This document shows positions 49,212 through 63,143 of a DNA stretch of 64,000 bases, piece after piece. The stretch spans positions 11,904,001 through 11,968,000 of the forward strand of contig CP075493.1 of the NCBI GenBank assembly GCA_021613535.1, read 5' to 3'. Source of the DNA: Adineta vaga. Taxonomy: Eukaryota; Animalia; Rotifera. Position numbers and translations under genes: made by a program. Positions within the stretch are counted from its first letter, which is position 1. Every line of letters begins with the position of its first letter. The notes under the pieces are model-generated. The model worked only from the letters and a program-made list of their open reading frames with translations, did no database searches and had not been told where the DNA came from.

Positions 49212-52200
49212 TTATTCATCTGGGTTATTAGAAATACAACAATTGCAAGTATTCCAAAAAATAATCAGATTTTTGGTATTAAGAGTGCCTACAGCCATAT
49301 CTAATCGTGTGTCACCATCAAAATCACCAGCGACGAGTATTTGTGGCACACTACCATCTCCAGTGGAAAATCGTATCTGTGTTTGGAAAGTTCCGTTACC
49401 ATTACCGATAAATATGCCCACATCATTTGTATAATCATTAACAAAAGCAAGATCTATATGATGGTCACCATTAAAATCAGCTGCAACCATCGAATTTGGC
49501 GTATTGTAATGTCCCGATGAAAATTCCATAAATGGTTCAAAAATTCCACTACTATTACCAAGAAAAATGCATATTTTACGATTCAAAATATCAATGACAG
49601 CTAGATCTAATCGATTATCGTGATTGAAATCAGCAACAACAAAAGATCGTAAATAACTATTAGTTCCAATCGATAAAATCGTTTGATTTTGAAACGTGCC
49701 ATTACCATAACCAAAAAATAAGCCAATATTACCCGTCGCTGAATGTATAACAGCAAAATCTAACCGATTATCAGCATTAAAATCACCGATAACTATCGAT
49801 GAAGGAACACGTGCGGTTCCCGTTAAAATTAACATTGGCTCTGCAAAAGTTCCGTCACCATTACCAAGACCTAGACCTACGTATGATTCTGAATAATCGG
49901 AACTGAGCACATCCAATCGGTTGTCGCCATTGAAATCACCAATAGCCATCGATGCTGAATGATTCGACGGTCCACTTGAAAATATTGGCGGTTCGTCAAA
50001 CGATCCATTGCCAATACCAAGTAGTACCTGTATATTGTTTGTATATCTATTGATAAGTACTAGATCTAATCGATCGTCATTATTGACGTCTGCATCAGCA
50101 ATGTAGCTTCCAAAATTTGCATTTGTACTTGAAAAATTTCTGCGTTCTCCAAAAGTTTCATTTCCATTGTTTAACAATACGCCGACATTATCATCCAAAG
50201 CGGTAAGAACAATGATATCTAAATGATTATCTCGATTGAAATCACCGGTAGTAACAAAACATGGCCAAGAAATAGGATCATTACTTGAATAGATAATATC
50301 TGATTCGAATGTTAGTTGACACTGTTTTTCTACAGACAAGAAAAAAGAACAATGATATAATTGATTTCACTGTTCAACAAACTTGTTGGAATATTGAGTG
50401 ATGTTTTTCTTTGCACTGATGTAGCTGTTGAATTCATCAGTAATACTAGATAAAAAGAAAAATACTAACAAAAGATATTGAGAAATATATCGTACCAGTT
50501 GATACAGAAATATTTTTGTTTCTTTGGGTAAAGTAAACAGATGGAATTGTAATGACTGTTGCCAGTAGCATAAACAAACTAAGCCACCAAATAACAGTAT
50601 GACGTTGCATGGAAAAGGAATTCTTTTTAATAACTGTCCACATTGATGGACAGGAACTATCCACATATTGGATGTCAATTAAATCTATGGGATTATTAAT
50701 AGTCTCACTATCTCTTCTTTCAATAATGTAGATAGCCTGGACACGCTTGTCTCGTTTCTTCCAACATGCATATAATTGCGCTAGTAGACATATAAATGTT
50801 GGACAAATCCATTTGAGAACAACTGTAAGACCTCCACAAAGGCCAAGTAGACGAGTTATTGTATAAAGTGAATTGAGCTGTTGAAGGTAAGTATATGAGC
50901 AGATGTTAGGCGAACATTGATCAAAGTATAATGAGTAATTAATCGTTATTGACCAATTTTCAATAAAAAGCTCATTAATAAGATCAACGATCGATGTATT
51001 CATTAAAAATCGACTGGTATCTTTCGAGAGAAGCTCGAGGTTATCTGGTGTATTACTAACATTTATTTTATATTGAACATGTTTGTAAATGAGATTAATA
51101 CATGATAAATCGTAAAAACATTCAAGAGTGGAAAGAAAAAATGATTCACTTGGTATACAACCCATTCGTAATCCTTTGATTGAAATAGTTGTTGATGAGT
51201 TTAATTCTAAAAATCTAGCTGGAATAATGCAACTTGAATTTAATGCACAGGAACATTCATTGTCATACATGACTCCTTCAGTTCGCAAGACATGACCAAC
51301 AATTCTATTGCCAAATCTGTCCGGTAATAGATAATTATAATTTGTTCCGTAAGCAGATATAATAGCATTTCCTTGATTAATGACTCCATGAAGAAAGAGA
51401 AGACGAAGAAGTTCTATGGGAGCATTAGATTTGCTTTCTACAATAAGTGCTTCAATTTGTGTATTTAGAACTGTTTGAGAAAGAAGTTGAGTAGTGACAA
51501 ATACAGAAGAAATTAATTGTTGTATAAAAGCATTCACAGATTGCTTGGAAAGATGACATAATCCAGCAAGATATTGTAAATGAGCTGAAAGGAAACGACG
51601 ATAATCTCTTCGATCGTAATTAGATAGATTTGAACGAAGGTTAGCTATAATATTCATTCGCCATTCATCTGAAATAAACTGACTGGAACATACCTATATA
51701 TAAATAAAGAATTTAGTCTATCTTCATACCGTAGGAACAGACGAATTTTCTTCTTACTTGATGAAAGGTAGGTTCAAGTATAATAAATCTATCATAAGTC
51801 GATGATGTTACTGAACAAGGGCAATGAAGAGCATTACTGTGATCATGCAACAGAGTTTATAAGTTGCAAGAGACGGTTTACTAAACGTTTTTGTTAGTAT
51901 TTCAGGTCGAATAAGTGTGTGAATACTAAGAATAACAAAACCACTGATGAGTAGCAAAATATAGAGTCGAGTAGCCAATTGGTTCAAACGTTTTATTCTC
52001 GTTCGACTGTTAATTTTTCCAAAACTATACGATGGAAATATGGTTAGATTGATTAGTTCAGTATGGAGTAATTTAATCAAGTTTCGCAGTGATATTATTA
52101 TACGATTGAGGAACTTCGTTTGACCTAAGTGAGAAAAAAGAAATATCGATGTTAAACCATATGTTCATGGTATTTTGTCGTGTGTTTTACCTTGCGCGGA

Positions 52201-55195
52201 GTTTTACTTTTCGCTTCAAAAAACTGACAGATAAAATTAGTCATATGAGGTGTAATTAACCGTAACACAATGATAAGTCCACCGATGGTAGATAACATTT
52301 TCGTAATGACGCCAATATAATTATATGTTCGAGTTGTATATGAATAAGTACAATATTTTGGTGCGCATGCTGTGTAATAGCGAGTAAAAGAAGCTTCATC
52401 ATTCCATTGTTCAATCATCATTCCTTTGACAATAACTGATAATGAGGTGTTTGGAACAAAACGACTGATAGCTGAGTTATAAACTAGAGGTTCTGGAGAA
52501 AACCAAGGTATTTCTGTATCTATCGTAATGTATGTTGTATTCATATAGGCTGCTAGAATCGACAAGCAATTTGAATTGGAATAATAACATTCTAAGGATG
52601 AGAAGAAAAATGAATCAAGAGCATAACAACCATCGATTGAGCCTGGTATTATATAATTGAATCGAGAAACACCTGAAGTATTTGATACAATATTTTGGAT
52701 GTACAAACCACTCGGACTTTGACAATATGGATCAATCGCACATATACAGTCGTTGAATATTCCAGTAGTATTGAACATACCAGTTAAAGAAAGTATGAGC
52801 TAAGTAAAAATAAAATCTCATCGTCTTTTATTTCTTTTTACTAATTCATAGACATACCTTCCATACATCTGAATTGTAAAGATCATTTGATTTGTATCTC
52901 AATGATGTTAGCAAATAATCTGATAGTTTACAAGGTTGATCAACGCGTAAAAACAGATGCACTGTGTCGAGAAGAAGTCCAAAGTTAATAATTGTCGATT
53001 GTTTAAATTGTTCGATAGTAGTATTTGATTGAAGATTAAAATCAGATTCTGTCAGAACATTGAAAGTAACTAATGAACGAAGAATAAATCGTTGAACGGC
53101 ATCAGTAATCGTCTTGTCAACTAATTGACAGATAGCCGATAATAATCGAAACTGATGGGCAGCTCGAGTAGCCCAATTATTATATAATCCAGTATTAACA
53201 AGACTAAGAAACGTAATCCAAGCATCACTAACAAAATCACTCGAACACACTTGATGAAAGATTGGAGATAATGAAATGAATGTTTGATACGGTATTATTG
53301 TCGTTAAACAAGGACATTTTGATGTATTCTGATGGGAGATTTGCAAGTTTCTGTACACATCGATCGACGGATTCGATACAGTCATTGTACTCATTTGTGT
53401 ACTCAAAGAAGTGAATAGAAGAAGAGTCAAAATAGTACCTATATAAAGAAAATTCAATGAAAACATTTTATAAAACAAGAGAAAATAGATCATACTTGAA
53501 AGTAAGAACAAAAACACACGTGTATTTATAAATTGTTGCTTAATAGCAACTGGATCTTGATCAACGGATGACTTGAACAAATTCAAGTATTTAATCCATA
53601 AAATAAATGTCTGAATCCATGTTCTACAATATTCTATAGAGAAATTATATATCAGATAGAATCTTTTTTGATTATATAATAAATAATTACCAAGACTAAT
53701 ACAATTGATTTTCAAATGAATTTCAAATATCGATATACTTTCCACCAAAAGAGGTGCAATTAAACGAAGTATGATAGTTATACCACCATAAAGGCTAAAT
53801 AAGAAAACCATAGTATAGGATAAACTCGTTTGTTCAGTTGTAGTATATGTGCAGAGTAAAGGTGCACAATCAGTAAAATATTTCCCGTAATCAATTGTTG
53901 GTAACCAATCTTCAATAAAAAGATTGTTTAAACGTTCATATAGAGAATCATTCCGTTGGTTTGATGTTAAACGAGAATTGGTTAAATTGAAGTTTGTCTA
54001 TAAGAGAAAACGAGACATTTTCTATAAAGGAAAGATCATTATGATATATACTTGATTTAAATTTGGAAAGTATTCTATTAATTGTTCAAGACATTTCGTG
54101 TTGTATAAACAATCGAATGTACTCGTGAGAAGACCATCAAACGGAGTACAACCACTTAGAAATCCATCGACGATTGCAGAAATATTAAACGAATAATTGA
54201 TAAGTGCGTCAGGCCAATATTCATCATAAATAGTGCGAGGACCATATGATATTGTATAAAAGGCACTTGTCATGACTGAATTGACTAAATTACAACTATA
54301 GATTTCTTTTGTAAAGACAAAAAGAGGCATATCTTTTCGGTAGTAAATCGTCGGTTTCACACTTAATAAAAATGTTTCATTATCAATGGCAGTTATTGAA
54401 ACATGTGCATTTGTATTGAGAGCAGAAATCAATGAATTAGATTGAGCTGTTATTTGTAGAAAAGTCACAGACGAACTCAATTGTACATATGTACTAGTTC
54501 GAATTAATATGACATTTTCAATCACTTGAGATTGCACTTCATCTTCAGATAGGAGTTCAATCGAAAGCAACCGTTGACGATCAATATCGATCAAAAGTTG
54601 AGAAACGATTCTTTCAGCAAATGAACAAAATGCAGCGAGTAATTGAAACTAAATGAGAGTAGAAAAAAAGAAGAATTCATGGACATGAAAATCTTAAGTT
54701 TACTTGAGAATAGGCTGTAGTTCGAAAGTCCATCATGAGAAAAGAACTTGCCCATGGTATGTAAAATGATTGCACCCATTGTTTACTAACGAAAATACTT
54801 GAACAGATTGGATCAATAGATAGAGTATTGAGAAGAAAACTTTTATATGGTATAATCGTTGTTGAGCAGGGACATGAGAGTGTTTTACCATGTTCACGTC
54901 GTAATTGATCGAAGAGAGATGAAGTTACATCCGATATAGTCACGATTTCTGTTTGTGGATTGACGAAAACAGTGAAGAAGATAACATAAAGAAACACTAT
55001 GAAGATTTTAACAATGATTATCATCAGAGAAATATACTTACATATGAGCAGAAGAACATAAAGTCTTGTAGTATATCTTTGATGTTGAATAGTTGTTGTT
55101 GATGTATTGTTTATTTCTTCATTTTCATCAGATATGAAAAGATTGTAATTAGATATCTTTTTACAAAGCCATCGAATTAATATTTTAATATTCAT
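49212..55195 (-). CDS. Large multi-exon membrane protein: three tandem [TM - Cys-rich loop - TM] units, an extra TM and C-terminal FG-GAP/VCBS repeats
   Basis: Each unit has TRLY/TRVF-TM, CPC..Y..F..P.FHQVCSS.F.S..W, (F/L)Q/R.L..xC, GC..L.CxY, Y..C.P..C.Y and L.GG(L/I)..(I/V)L TM. FG-GAP repeats (GDFNxDxRLDxxV..GNGDGTF) occupy 49212-50339. One 1-bp deletion at ~51857. Confidence 0.75.
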
Positions 55196-55749
55196 TTTAC
55201 TGAGAAATTGTCCAGTTTAATGTTTGAATTCAGTACAAGATGATTTTTGAGTAAAAAAAGAAAAGTACTTGTTTTGATAGTTTATGAAATATAATGAACT
55301 AATAACAACTCACATGCAATATTTTTGCAAGAAAAACTAATTATGTATATCATTTAAAATGAATCTTATGAATGTAAATATAAATTATTCTTCAAAATCG
55401 TATTCATATTAAGTTAGATGGAAACAGACGTCATAGCTAAAGAAATTTGAAAAAAGAATTTTTCTATTATTTTTCTTTTGTATTATAAAAGATATACTAT
55501 TGATAGAAAAAATTCGATGTATATTTGTTCTTTTCTTTTCACATCGTCTGACTTGTTGTCACAGGAGAAAAGAAAAAGCAACACACGCATAAAAAGGCAT
55601 TCAAACAAAATCCAGCACAGAATTTAATTCTTTTAAAAACAATTACAAATCAATTGTATTCTCAATTTAATTGGTTACGAATATAATTCAAATAAATTAC
55701 GTTTTTAATTCGATTTATCCATCTGAAATTACCGTTCAACATATTATAA

Positions 55750-56280
55750 TGGCTGATGAAATGAATGTTAAATTGTCTGATTATTAAGACGAAGTACTTG
55801 CCTTCATTCATCACCAAATCTATAACAATTCATCGAATAGAATTCTTATCCATTGTAAAGCAGGTATCAGTCGTTCTTCTACTATATAATTATTGCATAT
55901 CTAATGCGATATTATAGTTATTCTCTTAAAATTGCTTACGAGGATGTGTAATACAACATACAGACGCGACAACTGATAAAACTAGAGTTGCAGGTAGTAA
56001 TGGAACCGGTGATTTACTCAAGCAACTCAATTATACAACCTATATCTTTATCGATCTATATAATTCCATTTATGTATCACAGACACTCATAATCATCGTG
56101 TAATAAAGTGGTGCGAGAATGATGCACAAGCTCCAGTCATTGCTGGTGGAAAGAATCCAGGAAATCAAGCGAATCAATTGAAATTTCCATGGGGGCTTTT
56201 CTTTCGGTCGATATGCTAACCTCTATGTGACGGATTGGGCCAATAGTCGTACACAACGACTCGATATTCAAGCGAATTCA
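55750..56280 (+). pseudogene. NHL-repeat gene relic
   Basis: RVAGSNGTGDLLKQLNYTTYIFID..NSIYVS, NHRVIKW..VIAGGKNPGNQANQLKFPWG and NLYVTDWANSRTQR lie in shifting frames. Confidence 0.65.
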
Positions 56281-56449
56281 TATTCATCCTCTGTCAAATA
56301 CTTTATTAAAGCACTAATTTTGAACTATTACATTTCGATCGCCATTTAAAAGAAATATTTGAAAAAGTTTCATTCATTTTATTGATAGAAAGAGAAAGGT
56401 TCATCCTATTTTCACATTTTTACTGTATTTACAGATAATAGAAATAAAA

Positions 56450-57714
56450 TCAATGGCCACCACTTTGTTCTCGCAGTTTTTCAAAATGATCGAATACGTT
56501 GCGCGCTATTTTATGAGAAAGATTATGACGCTTTGTTAAATGACGCATTAATTCATGAAAACTCAACGAATTCCGTGTACATGGTACTCTTAAAATCTTC
56601 TGTTTATCATATTCAAATAAATTCATTGTATCATCGTTGAAAGGACATGTAACTTTGTTAAAATGATTGATAACGTCTTCATTTGCATTAAATAAGTTTG
56701 TTGTTTTAGCATCTTTCTTCTTTCTAATTGCTTCAACTAACCGTCGGGCACAATCTCGTTTTAATTTATGTATACATAAAAAATGAGAATATAATCCAAT
56801 TTTACGCATGTTCGTTTCTGGACAAACATCAAGTGAATGTTCTCTTCGATTAAGACCAAAAGCACCATCGAACGTTAATGGACATCGTTGATATACACTG
56901 TAAGCTCCTCTTTGTTTACCTTTTTCATCCTAGAAAAATAGGCGAAATACAAATGCGACTATGGCGTAAGAGACGATTATTTTACTTTGGCAGAATCCAT
57001 TGTATTTCTATAGATGGACATAAACTCAGTTTTATATTATTTATTTGAATAACAAAACTTACATGAGTGGAACAATATCAATCGTTGTTTGATCAGCAGA
57101 CACTGATTCTTCATTGTCTGAACAAACAATTCGACATAAGAAAAATGAAAATATCGTTTATATTCAACAATTATAAACATACTCGTATTAGCTGTTGAAT
57201 CCATAAAAGCAGAAGATCTAAAAAACAAGAATAAAAGGAGATAAATGTGAAGAAAGAAAGATCATACATTAGTGTTGATTGTAAAGGATCCACTGAAAAA
57301 GTTTCATCCTTCAATGATGATACCGATAATTCATCACCTACAAGAATAAAAGAATCGAATCAGAATGGATGAATATTATATCTAACCTGAATGATTTGAT
57401 TGAATTGCAAGAGTTATTTTATCAAAAATACTTTTTAATTCATCCGTGGAACATTTTTCAGAATGAAGTAATTCTTTTGCTTGTTTGATCAATTGATTTT
57501 CACAATCAATTTGACGAAGTTTTTCATTAATAATTAATTGAAATGTATTTGTAATTGTTGATAAATCTTTAAGAGCTTTTTTATTCTGTTTGCTCGTCTC
57601 GATATGTTGAAGTAAATGTTTTAAACAAATTAATTTATCACAACAATGACATTCATATAATTCTTTGATATCTAAATCACATTCTGTATGACTGCAGAAG
57701 CCAGTTCGAAGCAT
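56450..57714 (-). CDS. Multi-exon Zn-finger protein: B-box-like N-terminus, coiled coil, two atypical C2H2-like domains
   Basis: ATG at 57714; CSHTEC..YECHCCDKLICLKHLLQH; heptad-like region. The last exon has CPLTFDGAFG..C..LYSHFLCIHKL and CPF..C..LMRHLTKRHNL. Confidence 0.6.
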
Positions 57715-58316
57715 TTTGTTTGTTTTGTTGTAGAATAGAATTATCAAACTATCATCGATCGTTTCTATTGTTTATATACGACGAGTCGAATTCTGAATGC
57801 AACTATTTTTCTATTCAATGTGTGACCGTTAGGCGAAAAGAAAAAAGGCGAAACGGACTGATATCGAAGAGAAAAAGGAAGAAAAAAAAACGTTCTGATA
57901 ATTTAGTTCAAGAAGATGTTTTGTCTATTAAAATGAGGTTTTATGCAGAAATTGACGATTGTCATTTTGATGTCTGGTCCACGAAGTGGATTTGCTATAT
58001 TTGTTGATACTCATCGGTGTGGCTTTTCGTAGGCGCGTAATTATTTCGCTTTACTTAATAGAATTCGAAACCATTAGGATATTCATAGTATATCAACGGA
58101 CAATGCAAAATAATTGAGCAGTGACATAGTTTGCCATCCCTAATTATCAACAGTTTTGAATTCTATGAACGATTTCTTTTTTCGTTTGTTCTGATTCGAT
58201 CCTTACAATCCTATATAGTCTTTCGATTTTTTAATGATAAATATTAAATGTACAAGAAAAAAATACACCATTGAATAACAATTGTTGTCGTTCGAAAGCA
58301 AAAGTCGATATACGAA

Positions 58317-59870
58317 TCAATTAACATAAACAAATCTTTGAATCACCTGAGGAGGTTTGTTTTTCTTCAATCGTTTTATTCGTCGAATTTTATCCAATTC
58401 GTTTTTTACTGGATCAATACCAAAACAATATTTTAATATATCCAAAATAATCAAGAACATACAAACAATTCCTATACCAATATAAGATATATAACCAAAT
58501 GATTTTGAAGTTATTTGACGTACAACCATTGTTTTAGATGTTATCTCGCAGTGCCGTCCAGAAAAACTTGTTCCAAGGCATTCACATGTATAATTCATTA
58601 ATAATGATCGACATACACCATGATTTAAACATGTGATATTTTCACAATAATCTATTTTTGTTTCACAATGAATTCTGCGCCATCCTGCTTCACATACACA
58701 TTCAAATGTAGTATTTGATGTTTCATTACATTTACCTAAAATACAAGAAGGAAGACAATTTTTAATTCAACGTGAAAAGTAGAGATAAAGAGACCATTAT
58801 TCTAACATGTATCAGGCTGACATGGTCGAATATCAAATTGACATCTACTACCATCAAAACCTCGTAATCATAAACAATTATAACCACCAACAGTACCGCT
58901 ATTATCGATACAAGTACTATTATTTTCACATGGTTGAAGACTTGCACAAGGCGCAGATGACAAATTACAATAGAGACCCATTTGAGATACTCCGGGACAT
59001 GATGGTACTACCAACACCGAAGGTGTGGGTGGTAATTCAGCTAGAAAACGATCGGTCAAATAAATATATTTGAAAAAATGATGTCAACAAACTTGTTGTC
59101 AATACATGTTTTGAGACAAGTGACGTTGAATCTTAAACAAAAAATTGCATTTTATTTCCATTTAGAAAAAGTTTGTGGTTAACATTGATACTTGTAATTA
59201 AAATTGAACTTGTTGTTTCTGCAAATAAATATTTTCGCTTGAGCTTAATATCAGAAAAATATGAAAAAATTGAAAAAAAAACAATTTATTTTCTTCGGTG
59301 GTTATCATCGAAATATTGGATTATTATGTATTAAACTGTTCAGAATATGGTACATTTGTTAGGTTACAATTAAAAACAAGCCCTTTGAATAGACAAGTTA
59401 CCTTTCGAGTATAGCATTGTGGTATCAGTTAAAACACGAATTGACGGAATTGAGCTGGACAAAGTTTGTGTTGGTGGTTGAGTTGTACTCTCATCTACAC
59501 AAATTATATTTATATTCGCTGTACTTATAAGAATTCCGGAAGAATACTTCTGATTGCGAACTATTCGATCAAGAGGTTAAGAAGAACAATACCTATTCGA
59601 TGGACGATACTCGTACCAATTGATGAAACAGTTGATATGATTAAATTTGATGAATTTTGCACTAAAATTAGCATTACTCTGGTTTTAAAATAATATCAGC
59701 AGATTTACCTTCTGTCGTTGTTGTTGTTGTTGTTATTGTTGAGGTTGGTAGTTGAGTCGTATGTTCTTCTATATAAAATATATTTATATTCATTGATTCA
59801 TTCATAATTTTAGTTCTCAAAAGGTTTCAATAAATTAGCAATTATAATCCATATTTGAGATCGATGAAGA

Positions 59871-59911
<41 letters not shown>

Positions 59912-61998
59912 TATTGAGTTAATATATCTTAATGTGCAAAAAAAAATCCTTTCAAACTTACCATATGAATTTGTTGATAAAATAAATTTTTGAATACGAT
60001 TGTTATTTCGGTCAGTCACATAAATATTGCCATAAGTGTCAAAGACCATACCATATGGAATCGATAATTGATTGGATGCTGAACCATTTATTTGAGAACA
60101 TCCAATTATACAGCGAAAACCATTTGGTCCTTCACCAATAATGCGATGATTAAATTGATCAACGATAAATAAATAATTATTGCCATCTAAAACGATCCCA
60201 GAAGGCGTCTGAAGTGCAGTCGTAGGATATGATGATGTAGTGCCTGCAACGGTTATTGCATCGGATTGTCCTAATGGAAATAGTTGAATGCGATGATTTG
60301 AAGAATCTGCTACGTATAAAGCAAAATTCGTATTAACAAAGATTCCTTTAGGATTCTTAAGTGTATTTGATGTAGAACCAGCAGAGTCCGTTCCAGCCAC
60401 AACTGTTGGCATTATTGTATTTTCATTCAACCATCTTTTTACAACTTTATGATTAGCAACAGAACAGTATAAAGTATTACTGGTATCGACAAAGAGACCA
60501 TAGCATACCGAAGTATTGCTCATAACAGATATACTACTATTTGTGCCTGTGATCAATTTATCTACACGATAATTCCAAGCTCCATTATCAACAAAAATAT
60601 CTTCATTATCTGTCACAAATATGGAATAAGAATAGTTAAAATTTCCGAATAATGTTTTTATTCGATACGTCAAATTATTCGACCAAATTTGAACTCGACC
60701 ATTCACAAAATCGATAGCATAAATAGTATTATTTGTGTTAATAAAAATAGCATAAGGCTTCGTACCAATGATACTACTTGTTGCATGAGTAGTTCCATTT
60801 GGATTCCAAGTTGATGTATGACAAAATTTCGGTTGAGCATATGAAATAGCTAAAATGAAAATTATGAAAAAAATTTGAATCAATTTCTGGAAATACTTAC
60901 TCGTCCTATCATTTATTAAAAGAAACTTTTGAATACGTTGATTCGCTCTATCCGTAACATAGATATTTCCATCACGATCGAATGCCATACTGAATGGCGC
61001 CTGTAATTTATTCGATGTAGTACCACCGCCCGAACATCCAACTATGCAGCGAAAACCATTTGGTCCTTCTCCAACAATACGATTATTGACTTGATCAACA
61101 ATAAACATATAACTATTATCATCTAAGACGACTCCGGATGGTGTACGAAGCGTAATTGTACGCTTTGATGATGTATTGCCTGCAACAGTGATTCCTTTGG
61201 ATGTACCTAATGGAAACAGTTGAATTCGATTATTTAGAGAATCTGCCACATATAAATCAAAATTAATATTAACAAAAATTCCTATTGGCCAATAAAGTGT
61301 ATTAGGAGCAGAGCTATTCATACCATTTCCTGCTACAATTACCAATGTGGTCATGTTATTATCGAAGGTTTCTTTTATCACTATATGGAAATTATTCAGT
61401 GAACAATATAAATTATTTTTAATATCAATAAAGAGACCATAGCATGATGCATTGACATACACGACAGGAGATTCCGAATTTGTACTCAATATAAACTTAT
61501 CAACTCGACCGTACAATTTACCATTATCAATATAAATCTCATCGTTAAATGTAACAAACATGGAATAAGAATTACTAAAATTTCCCAAAATTGTTTGTGT
61601 TGGATTCACGGAACCATCCGACCAAATTTGAATTCGATTATTGACGAAATCCATAGCATAGATCGTATTATTTGTGTTAATAAAAATAGCATAAGGTTTT
61701 GTACCAATACTACTACTTGTTGCATGAGTAATTCCATTAGAATTCCAGATAGAAAACTCATCCAGTTTTGGTCGATTGTATGGAACAACTAAATAAAACT
61801 TAGCCATATAGCACAAAAAAGTAAATAGATTTTTCGTACTAGTATCTATTGTTTTGTCTGTTGTCATCGTTTGACCTAGAAAAGCAAAGATAATCGAATC
61901 GATAGCCTTATTTTATAGTATCTAAAAGTCTGCAATCTACCTGACACTCGTTGAAACATCATTAAAATCATCCATATAGACAAACAGCGAATTGACAT
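58317..61998 (-). pseudogene. Type I membrane receptor-like gene: signal peptide, two NHL beta-propellers, Thr-rich stalk, EGF repeats, TM; stops in the stalk/EGF part
   Basis: Signal exon MSIRCLSIWMILMMFQRVSG (ATG 61998). Two NHL blocks (LYVADSxNxRIQLF, GNIYVTDRxNxRIQKF). EGF exons include GGYNCL*LRGFDGSRC..DTC*NNG with premature stops. TM FGYISYIGIGIVCMFLIIL and a basic tail. Confidence 0.75.
59873..59909. repeat. (AT)n microsatellite, ~18 units, intronic
   Basis: Uninterrupted atatat... tract. Confidence 0.95.
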
Positions 61999-63143
61999 CT
62001 TTATCGACTTGTTTACCAACGATAAAAGTCAACCTTTGTCAGGAAACGTTTATGAGAAGTAGTGAAGTAGAACTTTATGAGATTTCTCTCTAACTACCAC
62101 TGGTTTGTTTATCTATGAAAAGAACATTCATTCCCTAAAGGAAACAGGTCTCGTTGTCAATACTCGTAAATCAATATTCTCTTTATTTTGTGCTGATTGT
62201 TGCCTCTTATATTTCTTTGTTCAATTTCAAAATTTTTAAAGAAAAAAAACGGTAACAAGAAGAAAGTTATGTCAATTAAATATAATCAGTAAAATAAATA
62301 TGAAATGTAATTTAGGACAAATACACTGAAAAATAGAGAATGAAAGTTTTTTAATAAAAGATTGACATATAGTATTTGATTGAAATTGCTAATAAATCGT
62401 GCTGCGAATAGTTTATGTATTTCTTTTTCTTATTGTTCTTTAATAAAATACATCAAATAAATATCAATATATCTGTTTACTCTTCGTTGTGAGTATATCT
62501 CCTGTATGATGCTCACTTACACACCCATATCTACTTTGACAAATCAAAGGTATTGAAACTCTGCTCAACTTCACTAAATATTCGATGGAAAACTTGTCTT
62601 ATTAATATTGATGTTATTTTTAATAATCAAGTCATGAAAATGAACTCGATTCACAATATGGAAAGCAATTGTAATTCATCGTTACAATGATCAAATAAGT
62701 CATATTAAAACATAAATGTATATCTAAATCAAGTTTTGCCACAAAATCTATAGAAATACTTTCTACTAAATTTATTCAGTTATTACCATTGATCAATCTC
62801 AAAAAATATGACTAAAAAAAAAAGAATTCTAATTTGATTTAGACAACCACAGATATTAATTTTCGAATAGTTGAACTATTTTATTATTTAAATAAAATAA
62901 AGAAACATCCCACACTTCACGATATTTTACTGTCTTGTATGATACTATCGATTGAATAAGATTGTAGTTTAAAACAAGCATATGATAGCCAATGACACAA
63001 AAGAAAAACAAGTAATAAATCAATTAAAATAATCTGAAGGAGAAAAATGTAAACTTATCCGAATTAGATAATGGCTTTGATCGAATGTCAATTATTGTTA
63101 CACGATGAAATATAGTCGTGAATATTTAAATAATAAAAATATC

